Positions 42,356-53,063 of a stretch of 64,000 nucleotides of DNA are shown here, one piece after another (positions within the stretch are counted from its first letter, which is position 1; every line of letters starts with the position of its first letter). The position numbers were made by a program, and so were the translations under genes. Below the pieces are notes generated by a model. That model saw only the letters and a program-made list of their open reading frames with translations, made no database searches and was not told the DNA's origin. Source of the DNA: an uncultured Actinomycetes bacterium (GTDB taxonomy: Bacteria; Actinomycetota; Thermoleophilia; RBG-16-64-13); assembly GCA_963706025.1 (NCBI GenBank), contig CAVPLM010000005.1, positions 192,001 to 256,000 of the forward strand, given 5' to 3'.

Positions 42356-42403
42356 GCCGGGCGAGGGTCCTGCCGGGGCAGTGAAAGGGACCGGGAGCAA
42401 GGC

Positions 42404-43441
42404 ATGGAAGACCATCTGCAGGATAGGCTGCTCGCCAAGGGACTGATACCCGATCTCGCGCTGCGGCGCATCGTGCGTTCCCGCGTGAAAGGGCTGGTCG
42501 ATGGCTTCGAGCGACTCGGCCCCGAAGGGCGCGCCGAACACGAGCGGGCCGTATTGGCCCGTCTGGATTCGGGACCGATCGCGGTCAAGACCGACGAAGC
42601 GAACCGGCAGCACTACGATCTTCCCTCCGAGTTCTTCCGTGTCGTCCTGGGTCCGCGAATGAAGTACAGCTGCTGCCTGTGGCCTTCGTCGGTCCGTAGT
42701 CTTGCCGAAGCCGAAGAAGCGATGCTTTCGCTGACCGCCGAGCGAGCCGGCCTCGACAACGACCAGTGCATCCTCGATCTGGGTTGCGGCTGGGGGTCCT
42801 TGGCTCTGTGGGCGGGGGAACGTTACCCGCGCAGCAGGGTGGTCGCTCTGAGCAATTCACGCGAGCAGGGCTCGTTCATCGAGCGCACGTGCCGGGAACG
42901 AGGCATAGGAAACGTGGAGGTGATCACGGCCGAGGTCGGTCGGTTCGAGGCGGACCGACGCTTCGATCGGATCGTCTCGGTGGAGATGTTCGAGCACCTG
43001 CGGAACCACGGGGAGCTTCTGCGGCGGATCGCCGGGTGGCTCCAACCTGACGGCAGGCTCTTCGTACACGTGTTCTGTCATCGCCGACAGGTCTACGAGT
43101 TCGATCCCGAAGGGACGGGCGGCTGGATGGCGCAGCACTTCTTCGCAGGTGGCATGATGCCGTCCTGGGACTATCTGACCTTCTATCAAGAACACCTGGC
43201 CCTGGCAGAGAGATGGCAGGTGGGTGGGGAGCACTACGCCGGCACCCTGCGGGCCTGGCTTGAGAATCTCGACCGGCAACGAGATTTGGTGCTGCCTATC
43301 CTGGGGCAGGCATATGGCGTCGACCAGGCCCGGCTGCGGCTTGCCCACTGGCGGCTGTTCTTCATGGCCTGCGAGGAGACTTTCGCTCTGGCTTCAGGTA
43401 GTGAGCACTTCGTGGGTCACTATCTCTTTGCTCCCCGCTGA
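42404..43441 (+). CDS. SAM-dependent methyltransferase, CMAS/cyclopropane-fatty-acid synthase family
   Basis: ANRQHYDLP, LGPRMKYSCC, ILDLGCGWGS, FDRIVSVEMFEH, FFAGGMMPS. Confidence 0.85.
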   Translation: MEDHLQDRLLAKGLIPDLALRRIVRSRVKGLVDGFERLGPEGRAEHERAVLARLDSGPIAVKTDEANRQHYDLPSEFFRVVLGPRMKYSCCLWPSSVRSLAEAEEAMLSLTAERAGLDNDQCILDLGCGWGSLALWAGERYPRSRVVALSNSREQGSFIERTCRERGIGNVEVITAEVGRFEADRRFDRIVSVEMFEHLRNHGELLRRIAGWLQPDGRLFVHVFCHRRQVYEFDPEGTGGWMAQHFFAGGMMPSWDYLTFYQEHLALAERWQVGGEHYAGTLRAWLENLDRQRDLVLPILGQAYGVDQARLRLAHWRLFFMACEETFALASGSEHFVGHYLFAPR

Positions 43442-43489
43442 GGCGTTCAGGCCCTGCGCGCCACTTCTGGCGCCCTCACCTCGGGACAC

Positions 43490-44398
43490 TTAGGCGATCC
43501 GGTAGCGCCCCGCCTTGACAACAAGGAAGCCCTCGGCGGCCAGTTCGCTCAACACGGCCTGCGCCTCTTGGGGGTCCCAGTTCGGCAACTGCGCCATGAT
43601 GCTCGCGGCGTCCTGACTCGTCGCGATATCTGTCCCCGCTTGATCGGGCGGGCGGTACACGGTGTTCGCCGCGAGCAGCAGTTGCAGGACCTGAGCTCGT
43701 AGCTGACGGCGGGAGCCCACGAAGGGAGTCTGAGTGGCGTGGTGCCTGCTCCTGCGGCCGGGATTGTGCTGCGTCTTCTTCACCCACGCCCCGTAGTCCA
43801 TCAGGGCGTAGTACCAGTCCCGGGGGTTCTCACGGTCGAGGGTGACTTCGATCAACGGGAGGATGTCGGCATCAGGGACGGCGATGCATTCTCGAAAGAA
43901 GTAGTGAAGGAACGCGGAGCGGATGTTCGTCTCGATGAAGGTCAAGGGATGGCCATAGGCGAAGACACACACGGCTGCAGCCGTGGCCGGTCCGATGGCG
44001 GGCAACCGTCGAAGCTCGGGGACCGAGCGGGGGATGCGGCCCTGGTGTTCGCTCGTCACGATCTGCGCCGCTCTATGAAGAGCGAGGGCTCGCCGGTTGT
44101 AACCCAGGCCCTGCCATGCGACTAGGACCGCACCCAGAGGGGCAGTCGCCAATGCGCGCGGTTCTGGGAACAAGGAGAGGAACAGGTCGTACTTAGGGAG
44201 CACCCGGGCGACCTGCGTCTGTTGAAGCATCACCTCGGATACGAGGATGCTGTAGGGATCACGGGTCCTTCGCCACGGCAGGTCACGGCCAAGCTCTCGA
44301 TAGTGCGCAAGCACGACCGCACGGAAGCTCTCCGTCAAACTTGCCGGGACAGAGCTGTCGTTATTTGCCAACTTGGGGCCAAAGTCCGAGATGGTCAT
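43490..44398 (-). CDS. MutY-like A/G adenine glycosylase (HhH-GPD) lacking the 4Fe-4S cysteines
   Basis: RDLPWR.TRDPY.ILVSEVMLQQTQV.RV, WQGLGYNRRA, LPAIGPATA, FIETNIR, ALMDYG. Confidence 0.88.
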   Translation of the reverse strand: MTISDFGPKLANNDSSVPASLTESFRAVVLAHYRELGRDLPWRRTRDPYSILVSEVMLQQTQVARVLPKYDLFLSLFPEPRALATAPLGAVLVAWQGLGYNRRALALHRAAQIVTSEHQGRIPRSVPELRRLPAIGPATAAAVCVFAYGHPLTFIETNIRSAFLHYFFRECIAVPDADILPLIEVTLDRENPRDWYYALMDYGAWVKKTQHNPGRRSRHHATQTPFVGSRRQLRAQVLQLLLAANTVYRPPDQAGTDIATSQDAASIMAQLPNWDPQEAQAVLSELAAEGFLVVKAGRYRIA

Positions 44399-44557
44399 TC
44401 CTTCCTCTTGACTAGTCTGGCCTCAGACCGCCACCGCCGTCGGGCCCAGCGCCGGCCGGGTTCGCGGCCGGTTCGGCCTGGGGCCGATTCGGCCCGCCAC
44501 CGGCCTGGCGGCACCGGCCTGGGGCACCGCCTGTCCGTTCTGTAGAGGGAGGCCCAG

Positions 44558-44950
44558 CTGAATCCTCACTCGCATAGGAGTATCGATCATACGGCTCGGG
44601 GGCGCACCGGGGAACAGACTGCGGCCTCATACCTCGCAGGAAAAGGGTACCGCGTTGTCGCCATCAATCAACGCACTCCTGTCGGCGAGATCGATATCAT
44701 CTGTCGGCATCGCTCCCGAGTGGTGATCGTAGAGGTCAAGGCCCGCTCCGGCACAGCCTACGGTACCGCTTTGGAGGCGATAGGCCCCCGCAAGGCGAGA
44801 AGGCTCAGAGCCGCCGCACTGTGGTGGTTGGCCGACCGTTGCCTACTTCCCTGCGAGGTGAGGTTCGACGTCGTCACCGTCCTGCTCGACGGCGAAGGGC
44901 TGCCCTGCAGGCTCGAGCATCTCGAGGACGCGATCGAAGGGGCGTCGTAG
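44558..44950 (+). CDS. yraN: YraN family putative endonuclease (apparent CTG start)
   Basis: G..GEQ.AA.YL...GY.VV..N.R...GEIDII...VIVEVKAR...RFDVV; AGGGAGG RBS 5 nt before CTG. Confidence 0.85.
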   Translation: MNPHSHRSIDHTARGRTGEQTAASYLAGKGYRVVAINQRTPVGEIDIICRHRSRVVIVEVKARSGTAYGTALEAIGPRKARRLRAAALWWLADRCLLPCEVRFDVVTVLLDGEGLPCRLEHLEDAIEGAS

Positions 44951-44952
44951 CT

Positions 44953-46497
44953 GTGGCGGTAGCCTCCATGTGGGGCTTCGCTCTGGTGGGCATCGAGGCG
45001 GTGCCGGTGAGGGTGGAGGCCCACGCCCGCAGTGGGCTGCCCGGAGTCACCATCGTGGGCCTCCCCGGTGCGGCGGTGCGCGAAGCCCGAGAGCGGATAA
45101 GGTCGGGGGCGGCCAGCAGTGGCCTTTCTCTGCCCACCAAGCGCATAACCATCAATCTAAGCCCCGGGGATGTGCCCAAAGACGGATCAGGTTTCGACCT
45201 GCCCGTGGCCCTGGCGACCCTGGCCGCCTGCGGTCACCTGCCGGTGGAATCCGTGAGAGAGGTGGGGGCCGTGGGTGAGGTCTCGCTGGACGGCATGGTG
45301 AGGCCAAGCCGCGGGATGCTCCCGGTGACGGAGACCGCAGGACGCATCGGAGTGGGCCTGCTGATCGTTCCCGTCGAGGGTCTCGCTGCGGCCAGCGAGG
45401 TGAGCCTGGTGCCGGTCGCCGGGGTCAGGTCTCTGGCCGAGGCTGTAATGGTAGTGCGCAGCGCGAGCTATCGGTCCCGGGTCATCGAGCGGGGTGGGAG
45501 GTGGCTGCGCATGCATCGCGAGCCTGCAAGCGTCGCGGAGTCGGAGACGCACGATCTGACCGAGGTGGCCGGTCACCACCAGGCAAAACGGGCGTTGGAG
45601 ATCGTCGCCGCCGGAGGACACCACCTCTTGATGGTCGGCTCGCCCGGTGCGGGTAAGACCATGCTGGCACGCAGGCTCGCGGGGATACTGCCCCCTTTGT
45701 CTCACGAGGAAGCTGTTGAGGTGACTCGTGTCTGGAGCGCCGCTGGGTTCACCGCCGCCCACTCGGGTCTGATCAAAGAGCGGCCTTTTAGGGCGCCACA
45801 CCACACCGCGTCCAGGGCCGCCCTGGTGGGTGGGGGCGCGGTGCTCAGACCGGGGGAGGTCAGTCTGGCGCACCGGGGAGTCCTTTTCCTCGATGAGTTG
45901 CCGGAGTTCTCCCGGGACGCCATCGAGGCGCTGAGACAGCCTCTCGAGGAGGGCAGGATAGCGATCAGCAGGAGGATCGGCACGTCCATATTCCCGGCGG
46001 CCTGCAGCCTGGTGGCGGCGATGAATCCTTGTCCGTGCGGCTATCTGGGACACACGGAGAAGACCTGCCGTTGTCCGGCCTCGGCGGTCGAGCGTTACCG
46101 TGCCCGCATCAGCGGACCGTTCCTCGACCGGATCGATGCCCTCATCGAGGTGCCTCCACTCACGATCTCTGCGCTAGAGAGCGAGATCACCGGAGACACG
46201 TCGGCCGCAGTCCGGGCTCGGGTGACCGCAGCGCTGGTCTTTCGGGGACAGCGTTCGGCAGCCGAGAAGGGCTTGGCTCCAAGATCAGTCGAAAAGGGGA
46301 ATCACCTGACCCCTGAGGGCCGGGCCCTTCTTTGTCAAGCTCTAGTCCGTGACGGTCTGAGCGGCCGGGCGTACGTAAGGGTCATCAGCCTCGCCCGGAC
46401 AATCGCCGACCTCGACAACGTCCTTCCGATCGGCGCCGAGCACGTGGCTGAGGCCCTGGCACTCCGCCTTGATCATCGGCGGGTCCAGTTCGCGTGA
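44953..46497 (+). CDS. comM: YifB/ComM Mg-chelatase-like AAA+ ATPase
   Basis: IVGLP..AVREARERIR, INLSPGD.PK.GSGFDLP, GSPGAGKT, RPFRAPHHT, SLAHRGVLFLDE, AAMNPCPCG. Confidence 0.92.
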   Translation: MAVASMWGFALVGIEAVPVRVEAHARSGLPGVTIVGLPGAAVREARERIRSGAASSGLSLPTKRITINLSPGDVPKDGSGFDLPVALATLAACGHLPVESVREVGAVGEVSLDGMVRPSRGMLPVTETAGRIGVGLLIVPVEGLAAASEVSLVPVAGVRSLAEAVMVVRSASYRSRVIERGGRWLRMHREPASVAESETHDLTEVAGHHQAKRALEIVAAGGHHLLMVGSPGAGKTMLARRLAGILPPLSHEEAVEVTRVWSAAGFTAAHSGLIKERPFRAPHHTASRAALVGGGAVLRPGEVSLAHRGVLFLDELPEFSRDAIEALRQPLEEGRIAISRRIGTSIFPAACSLVAAMNPCPCGYLGHTEKTCRCPASAVERYRARISGPFLDRIDALIEVPPLTISALESEITGDTSAAVRARVTAALVFRGQRSAAEKGLAPRSVEKGNHLTPEGRALLCQALVRDGLSGRAYVRVISLARTIADLDNVLPIGAEHVAEALALRLDHRRVQFA

Positions 46498-47669
46498 AGG
46501 ATCCCGCTTCTCATTCCCCGGGCGTGCGAGAGGCGGCTCTCGGTCTGTCCTGGTTGTGCGCCGGCGGTTCTTACTCGCCGCTTCGGCTACTGCCGAGATG
46601 GGGACCGGAAGCGGTCTGGAGGGCATCGCGCGCCCGTCTTCTGGAGTGGGGGATGACTCCGGCGGTGGTAGGCCGGTTCGAAACGAAGCGCCGGGAGTTC
46701 CCGCTCGACGAAGTCGAGGCTCTTCTGCTTGAAAGTGATCTGCGTTTCTTGCCGTACGGGTCATCCTACTATCCGCGTGAGTTGATACAGCTCGACTACC
46801 CTCCCGCAGGTCTTTTCGCCCGGGGAACAGATCGGGCGTTGGCTGGCCTGCTGCGTGTTCCTCGAGTGACGATCGTGGGGACCCGCAAAGCCACGGCCTA
46901 CGGGCTTAGGGCTGCGGAGGCCTTCGCCGCGACGTTCGCCTCCAGAGGAGTGGCGGTGATGAGCGGCATGGCTCTGGGGATCGACGGCCGGGCGCACCGA
47001 GCGAGTCTCGATGCCGGAGGTCTCACCGTCTGCATCCTGGGCTGTGGAGCCGATGTCATCTATCCGCGCTGCCACAGGGCTCTGTACGAAAGGATCCGGG
47101 TGCAGGGGATCATTTTGAGCGAGCTGCCTCCCGGTACTCCACCCGCCCGTTGGACCTTCCCTCGTCGTAATCGGCTGTTGGCGGCGCTCGGTGACGCGTT
47201 GCTGGTCATCGAAGGCTCGCAGGTCAGCGGCGCTATGCAGACCGCTGGCTGGTCGCTCGAACTCGGTCGTCCGGTGTTCGTGGTCCCCGGCCCGATAGGG
47301 GTAGAGAGTCACAGGGGATGCAACCAGTTGCTCTACGACGGAGCCGGGCCGGCGGTGGATCCTTGCGTAACAGTGGAGGATTTCTTTCTACAAACAAGAA
47401 TTCACACGAGTGAATGTGGGCGGACCGGCTGTGCAGGCGGCAGAGCAGGGGCGACCGGCGACCGGCCTGGCGTCCCCGGCCGCAGCGCTTCCGAACGGCC
47501 GCATGCAGATAGTATCCTGGCGGCGCTGGGCGCTGGTCCTTGCTCCGTGGACGGTCTCATGGAGGTCACGGGCCTGAGTGCACGGCAACTTAATGTCGCG
47601 CTCGCGGAGTTGGATATCCTGGGCCTGATCGTCCGCGCTGGGCCCGGGCAGTTCATCAGGGCGCCGTGA
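46494..47669 (+). CDS. dprA: DNA-processing protein DprA
   Basis: IVGTRKAT.YG, SGMALGIDG.AH, FPRRNRLLA, C-terminal winged helix. Confidence 0.92.
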   Translation: MKDPASHSPGVREAALGLSWLCAGGSYSPLRLLPRWGPEAVWRASRARLLEWGMTPAVVGRFETKRREFPLDEVEALLLESDLRFLPYGSSYYPRELIQLDYPPAGLFARGTDRALAGLLRVPRVTIVGTRKATAYGLRAAEAFAATFASRGVAVMSGMALGIDGRAHRASLDAGGLTVCILGCGADVIYPRCHRALYERIRVQGIILSELPPGTPPARWTFPRRNRLLAALGDALLVIEGSQVSGAMQTAGWSLELGRPVFVVPGPIGVESHRGCNQLLYDGAGPAVDPCVTVEDFFLQTRIHTSECGRTGCAGGRAGATGDRPGVPGRSASERPHADSILAALGAGPCSVDGLMEVTGLSARQLNVALAELDILGLIVRAGPGQFIRAP

Positions 47670-47697
47670 TCCAACCGCAAGACGGGAGGGAAGGAGA

Positions 47698-48705
47698 ATG
47701 CAGTCGGAAGTGGAGCGCACCGCGTCTCCTCTCCAGCCCGGGAGCCTCGACCAGGCGATATCCACTTTCATCCGCAGCCTGATCGCGGCCGACTACAGCG
47801 CGCGAACGATCAAAGCGACCCTGAGCGACCTCCGGCAGTTTGCGGGCTACCTGGACCGGCGAGGCATCGATCGAGTAGCCGATGTCACCCGCGCGGAGGT
47901 GAGCGGCTTCGCTTCGGCGTTGAGCGAACCAGGCACATGCGACAGCCGGCCGCTCGCTCCCGGGGGGGCTCTCCACGTCTCGGGTGCCGAGCGAACCAGG
48001 GTCAAGGGCTGCGCGCGCAGTACCGTCGCGCGCAAGCTGTCGGTGATACGGAGCTTCCTCCGGTTCTGTGAAGACAGCGGGTTGGTCGACAGCAGTCCCG
48101 CTGCCGGCGTGCGCTCCCCGAAGATGCCTCGCCACCTGCCCCAAGTCCTGACTCCCGAGCAGACCGTGGCGTTGCTGGAGTCGATCGGCGGACCGAAGCC
48201 GCTTGAATTGCGGGACCGCGCCCTTTTCGAGTTAATATACTCATCGGGACTGCGTTGTCAGGAAGTATTGGATCTGAAAATGAGGGACGTCCACATCGAG
48301 AGCTCGGAAGTGCGGGTCAAGGGCAAGGGGCGCAAGGTGCGCCTCGTTCCTGTGGGTGAAGCGGCGCTCGACGCCCTTGACCGGTATCTCAGTGAAGGAC
48401 GTACTCGATTGATCGGCGCTGGGGAGAGCGAACACGTCTTTCTCAGCCGCAGCGGCAGGCCGCTGTCGTCCTCCGACGTTTGGCGCCGCTTGGCGCGCTA
48501 CCTGGCGCAGGCGGGCGCGCCCGCCGGCACTACGCCTCACACTTTGCGCCACTCATTCGCCACCCACCTGTTGGAAGGAGGGGCGGACCTGCGGGTCATC
48601 CAGGAACTGCTGGGGCACTCGTCTCTCCGCACTACGCAGGTGTACACTCATGTATCAGCCGCGCATCTGCGCAGGGCCTATCGCAAAGCCCACCCTCGGG
48701 CCTAG
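47698..48705 (+). CDS. xerC: Tyrosine recombinase XerC
   Basis: RDRALFELIYSSGLR, GKGRK.R, HTLRHSFATHLL.GGADLR.IQELLGH....TQVYTH; core synteny after dprA. Confidence 0.88.
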   Translation: MQSEVERTASPLQPGSLDQAISTFIRSLIAADYSARTIKATLSDLRQFAGYLDRRGIDRVADVTRAEVSGFASALSEPGTCDSRPLAPGGALHVSGAERTRVKGCARSTVARKLSVIRSFLRFCEDSGLVDSSPAAGVRSPKMPRHLPQVLTPEQTVALLESIGGPKPLELRDRALFELIYSSGLRCQEVLDLKMRDVHIESSEVRVKGKGRKVRLVPVGEAALDALDRYLSEGRTRLIGAGESEHVFLSRSGRPLSSSDVWRRLARYLAQAGAPAGTTPHTLRHSFATHLLEGGADLRVIQELLGHSSLRTTQVYTHVSAAHLRRAYRKAHPRA

Positions 48706-48719
48706 GGACTGAAAGACAG

Positions 48720-49520
48720 ATGGCCATCGACCCCGCAACGCAGCACGACATCGGAGAGGCGTGGCGCCTCTACAAGGAGCAGGGTGATCTCAAGGCGCGG
48801 GATCACCTGATCCTTGCGTATTCACCCCTGGTCAAGTACGTGGCCGGCCGGATGAGTTCCGGTCTGCCCGCGCACATCGAGGAGGGCGACCTTGTCTCCT
48901 ACGGTCTCCTGGGGCTGATAGGGGCTCTGGAAAGGTTCGATCCTTCCCGCAACATCAAGTTCGAAACCTACGCGATCTCCAGGATCAAAGGCTCCATCAT
49001 CGACGAGCTTAGGGCCCTGGACTGGGTGCCCCGCTCCGTCCGCAGTTGGGCACGCAAGGTAGAGGCGACGGTGACCAGACTCGAGAACGAACTGATGCGG
49101 GCGCCCACAGATGAAGAGACGGCGGCTGCGCTGGCGATCAGCGTGGACGAGTATCAAGACATCCTCAATCAGATCAGCTGCTCTTCGATCGTCGCCCTGG
49201 ACGAGTTCTGGGATTCCGGCTACTCAGGCCAGGACAGGGTCAACCTGATCGACACCATAGAGGACTCCGAGGCCCCCGATCCCTCGCGTGCCTATCGGAT
49301 CCAGGCCATCAAAGAGACATTGACGGCGGCCATCCAAAGGCTGCCGGAGCGGGAGAAGATCGTTATCGGCCTCTACTACTACGAAGGTCTGACCCTCAAA
49401 GAGATCGGTGAGGTGTTGGGAGTCACCGAGTCCCGGATCTCGCAGCTTCATACCAAGGCCATCCTTCGTCTGAAGGGGCGTCTGAGGGAGGAGCTCGACC
49501 TGGACGCGCTCGTGTCCTAG
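48720..49520 (+). CDS. whiG: FliA/WhiG-family sigma factor
   Basis: YSPLVKYVAGR...LPAH.E..DLVSYG..GL, KFETYA..RIKG.IIDELR.LDWVPRSVR, TLKEIG.VLGVTESRISQLH. Confidence 0.9.
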   Translation: MAIDPATQHDIGEAWRLYKEQGDLKARDHLILAYSPLVKYVAGRMSSGLPAHIEEGDLVSYGLLGLIGALERFDPSRNIKFETYAISRIKGSIIDELRALDWVPRSVRSWARKVEATVTRLENELMRAPTDEETAAALAISVDEYQDILNQISCSSIVALDEFWDSGYSGQDRVNLIDTIEDSEAPDPSRAYRIQAIKETLTAAIQRLPEREKIVIGLYYYEGLTLKEIGEVLGVTESRISQLHTKAILRLKGRLREELDLDALVS

Positions 49521-49619
49521 CTTCGGTAGCCTCACTCGCGACCGGTCCGCGATGCGCGTGGCGGCCGCCCGTGGGCGTCTGTGGGCGTCTGTGGGGTCGC
49601 TTCCTTATGGTAAACTGCT

Positions 49620-49725
49620 TCGGCTATACCATCGGACCTGAGGGTGACCGCTGCGGTGGTGCCGGGCGACCGGTTCCGGAGCGGGCCTCAGGGAGTCTCG
49701 AGAACAAAACCAGAGCGAGGTAATC
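49620..49725 (+). promoter_or_regulatory. Putative rpsB (S2) autoregulatory leader RNA
   Basis: Follows extended -10 TGGTAAACT (49608-49616); stem CCTGAGG...CCTCAGG enclosing a GGTGCC hairpin, then AAAACC before the RBS, like t44/S2 leaders. Confidence 0.5.
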
Positions 49726-50973
49726 ATGCCTGCAGCTTCCATGAAGCAGCTCCTGGAGTCAGGAGTGCATTTCGGCCACCAGACCCGCCGGTGGAATCCC
49801 AAGATGAAACCCTACATCTTCGCCGAGCGGAGCGGGATCCATATCATCGATTTGCAGCAGACGACGGTCCTCCTCGACCGCGCTTACGATTTCGTGCGCA
49901 ATATCTCGAGCAGGGGCGGGTCCGTGCTTTTCGTCGGGACGAAGAAGCAGTGCCAGGACATCATCCGTGACGAAGCCGGCCGCGTGGGGATGCCCTACGT
50001 GTCCCATCGCTGGTTGGGCGGTCTTCTCACGAACTTTTCTACCATCGAGAACCGCATCAAGCGGATGCATGAGTTACGTAAACTGAGCGAAGAGGGCCAG
50101 TTGGCCCTTCTCCCCACCAAAGAGCGCATGGCGATGGAGCGGGAACTGGAGAAACTGGAGATCAATCTGGGTGGCGTCAGCAGCATGACCCGCCTGCCGG
50201 ACGCCGTGTTCGTGGCCGACCCCAAGCGGGAGGCCATAGCTACCAAGGAAGTCATCAAGCTGGGGTTGCCCCTCATCGGACTGGTCGACACCAACTGCGA
50301 CCCCGACGAGGTGGATTACCTCATCCCGGGCAACGACGACGCCATCCGCTCGTGCGGTCTGATCGTCAAGACCCTCGCTCGCGCGGTGGAGGAAGGTCGC
50401 CAGAAGGTGCAGGTCGCGGAGTTCCTGGCCGCCGAGGCAGCCAGGACGGCGGCTGAGAGCCAGAGTGAGAAGGTCCCGCTTCGTTCAGGCGAGGGAGTAA
50501 GGCCTGCCCCAGGTGAGGCTCCTCAGTCTCGGGTTTCACGAGCTCCTCGCCCCGCGGCCGGTGACGGCCGGTCGGGAGGACCGGGCCGTTCCGGCGGACC
50601 TGGCCGATCGGGAGGGCCGGGTCGCCCTGGTTCAGGAGGCCGTTCCGGCGGAACGGGGAGGCCGGGGTCCCGCGAAGGAGGGCCGGAACAGAGCGCTCCC
50701 GCGCGCAGGCCGGCTTCGCCCAGGCCGGCTTCGCCCAAGCCTGCTTCGCCCAAGCCGGCGAAGAGTGGCGAGAAGGCGGGCACCGAGGTGCCCGTTGGCG
50801 AACCCGTCGCCCAGGAGGCACCGCTCTCGGAGGCGCTCGCCGAGACGGTCGCGCCGGTGATGGAGGCCGCTCCCTCTCCTGTCGCTGAGGTCGTTGACGT
50901 TGCTGAGGCGGCGGAAGGGATCGTGGAGCCCGCGGCCCTCGACGAGGGCGCCGGGGCAGAGCCCGAGGCTTGA
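49726..50973 (+). CDS. rpsB: 30S ribosomal protein S2 with long low-complexity C-terminal tail
   Basis: LLESGVHFGHQTRRWNPKM, FVGTKKQ, RWLGGLLTNF, DTNCDP, PGNDDAIRS. Confidence 0.97.
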   Translation: MPAASMKQLLESGVHFGHQTRRWNPKMKPYIFAERSGIHIIDLQQTTVLLDRAYDFVRNISSRGGSVLFVGTKKQCQDIIRDEAGRVGMPYVSHRWLGGLLTNFSTIENRIKRMHELRKLSEEGQLALLPTKERMAMERELEKLEINLGGVSSMTRLPDAVFVADPKREAIATKEVIKLGLPLIGLVDTNCDPDEVDYLIPGNDDAIRSCGLIVKTLARAVEEGRQKVQVAEFLAAEAARTAAESQSEKVPLRSGEGVRPAPGEAPQSRVSRAPRPAAGDGRSGGPGRSGGPGRSGGPGRPGSGGRSGGTGRPGSREGGPEQSAPARRPASPRPASPKPASPKPAKSGEKAGTEVPVGEPVAQEAPLSEALAETVAPVMEAAPSPVAEVVDVAEAAEGIVEPAALDEGAGAEPEA

Positions 50974-51088
50974 TCCGAGGCCGGGGTGGGTGCACGAGCG
51001 GGGAGCGCGGCTCCCTGAGGTCGCCTGGCGCGGCCCCACGGCCTGGATCATTGAAGACGGTAATCGTCGTTGTGACGGAGGCTGATTG

Positions 51089-51691
<603 letters not shown>

Positions 51692-51761
51692 GGGCGCTGC
51701 ATTCCATCAACCAGGCCTCCGGGCGAGGTCATGCCGCGAGGGAGGCCCAGAGCGAGGAGAT

Positions 51762-52508
51762 ATGGGCGAGCAACCGGTGTGTAGGAGGGTCCTGCTCAAG
51801 CTAAGCGGGGAAGCCCTCATGGGGGATCTGAGCTACGGTATCGACCCGGAGCGGCTGCGGGTGGTGGCAGGAGAAGTCTCCGAAGTGGTGTCCGGCGGCA
51901 CCGAGATGGCCATCGTCGTCGGGGGGGGCAACATCTTCAGGGGTGTGTCGGGCGCAGCCCAGGGCATCGAGCGGGCCACGGCCGACTACATGGGGATGCT
52001 GGCCACAGTCATGAACTCTGTCGCTCTGCAGGATGCGCTTCGGAAGTTGGACACGGATTCACGGGTCCTTTCGGCCATCGATATGCAGGAGATCTGCGAG
52101 CCCTACATCCGGGGGCGGGCCATCCGCCACCTGGAAAAAGGGAGAGTGGTTGTATTCGCGGCCGGTACCGGCAACCCGTTCTTCAGTACCGACACAGCCG
52201 CCGCCCTCCGGGCTTTGGAGATCGGAGCCGGATGCCTGCTCATGGCCAAGAAGAAGTTCGATGGTGTCTATGACGCCGATCCGGAGATCGACCCCGATGC
52301 ACGACTTATAGATAGCATCACCCATCGCGAAGCACTGGAGCGGGGTCTCAGAGTCATGGACTCGACCGCCCTCTCGCTCTGCATGGACAACCATCTGCCG
52401 ATAATGGTGTTCAATATGAATGTGCCAGGCAACATCCGCCGCGTCCTTCACGGCGAGCGGGTGGGCACGATAGTCTCAGATGGCGTCGATCGAAGGGGAG
52501 AGGAATGA
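51762..52508 (+). CDS. pyrH: UMP kinase
   Basis: [49 protein letters not shown]. Confidence 0.96.
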   Translation: MGEQPVCRRVLLKLSGEALMGDLSYGIDPERLRVVAGEVSEVVSGGTEMAIVVGGGNIFRGVSGAAQGIERATADYMGMLATVMNSVALQDALRKLDTDSRVLSAIDMQEICEPYIRGRAIRHLEKGRVVVFAAGTGNPFFSTDTAAALRALEIGAGCLLMAKKKFDGVYDADPEIDPDARLIDSITHREALERGLRVMDSTALSLCMDNHLPIMVFNMNVPGNIRRVLHGERVGTIVSDGVDRRGEE

Positions 52509-53062
52509 TCCGCGAACTGATCGCCGACGGCAAGCGGCGCATGGAAAGCGCGCTCGATGCGCTCCGGAGCGAGTTCAATACCGTGCGAACGGGCCGTGCC
52601 TCCACGGGACTTCTCGACAGGCTGCACGTGGACTACTACGGCGCAAGAACTCCGCTGAAGCAGATGGCCAGTCTGGCCACTCCGGACCCACGGACGATAT
52701 CCATCACCGTCTACGACAAGAACGCGGTTAACGCGGTCGTCCGGGCCATACAGGAGTCCGATCTGGCGCTGACCCCGAATACCGAAGGCACGGTCATCCG
52801 GCTCAACATCCCCACGCTGACGGCCGAACGGCGCAAGGATCTGGCCAAGTTGGTCAAGAACATGGCCGAGGAGAGCCGTATCGCAATACGGAACGTCCGC
52901 CGGGATGTCATCCACGACCTCAAAGAGCTCAAGAAAGACGGCGAGATCTCGGAAGACGATGAGCACCGGGCCGAAGAAGAGGTACAAAAGCTGACCGACG
53001 GTTTCATCGAGAAGGTCAACGACCTGGTGCACCACAAGGAAGACGAGATCCTCGAGATCTGA
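52505..53062 (+). CDS. frr: Ribosome recycling factor
   Basis: [33 protein letters not shown]. Confidence 0.96.
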   Translation: MIRELIADGKRRMESALDALRSEFNTVRTGRASTGLLDRLHVDYYGARTPLKQMASLATPDPRTISITVYDKNAVNAVVRAIQESDLALTPNTEGTVIRLNIPTLTAERRKDLAKLVKNMAEESRIAIRNVRRDVIHDLKELKKDGEISEDDEHRAEEEVQKLTDGFIEKVNDLVHHKEDEILEI

Positions 53063-53063
53063 C

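Noticed and set aside
47698-48705. Tyrosine recombinase as a phage or island integrase
   Set aside because: It has XerC-type sequence in conserved dprA-xerC core context, with no att repeats or cargo genes.
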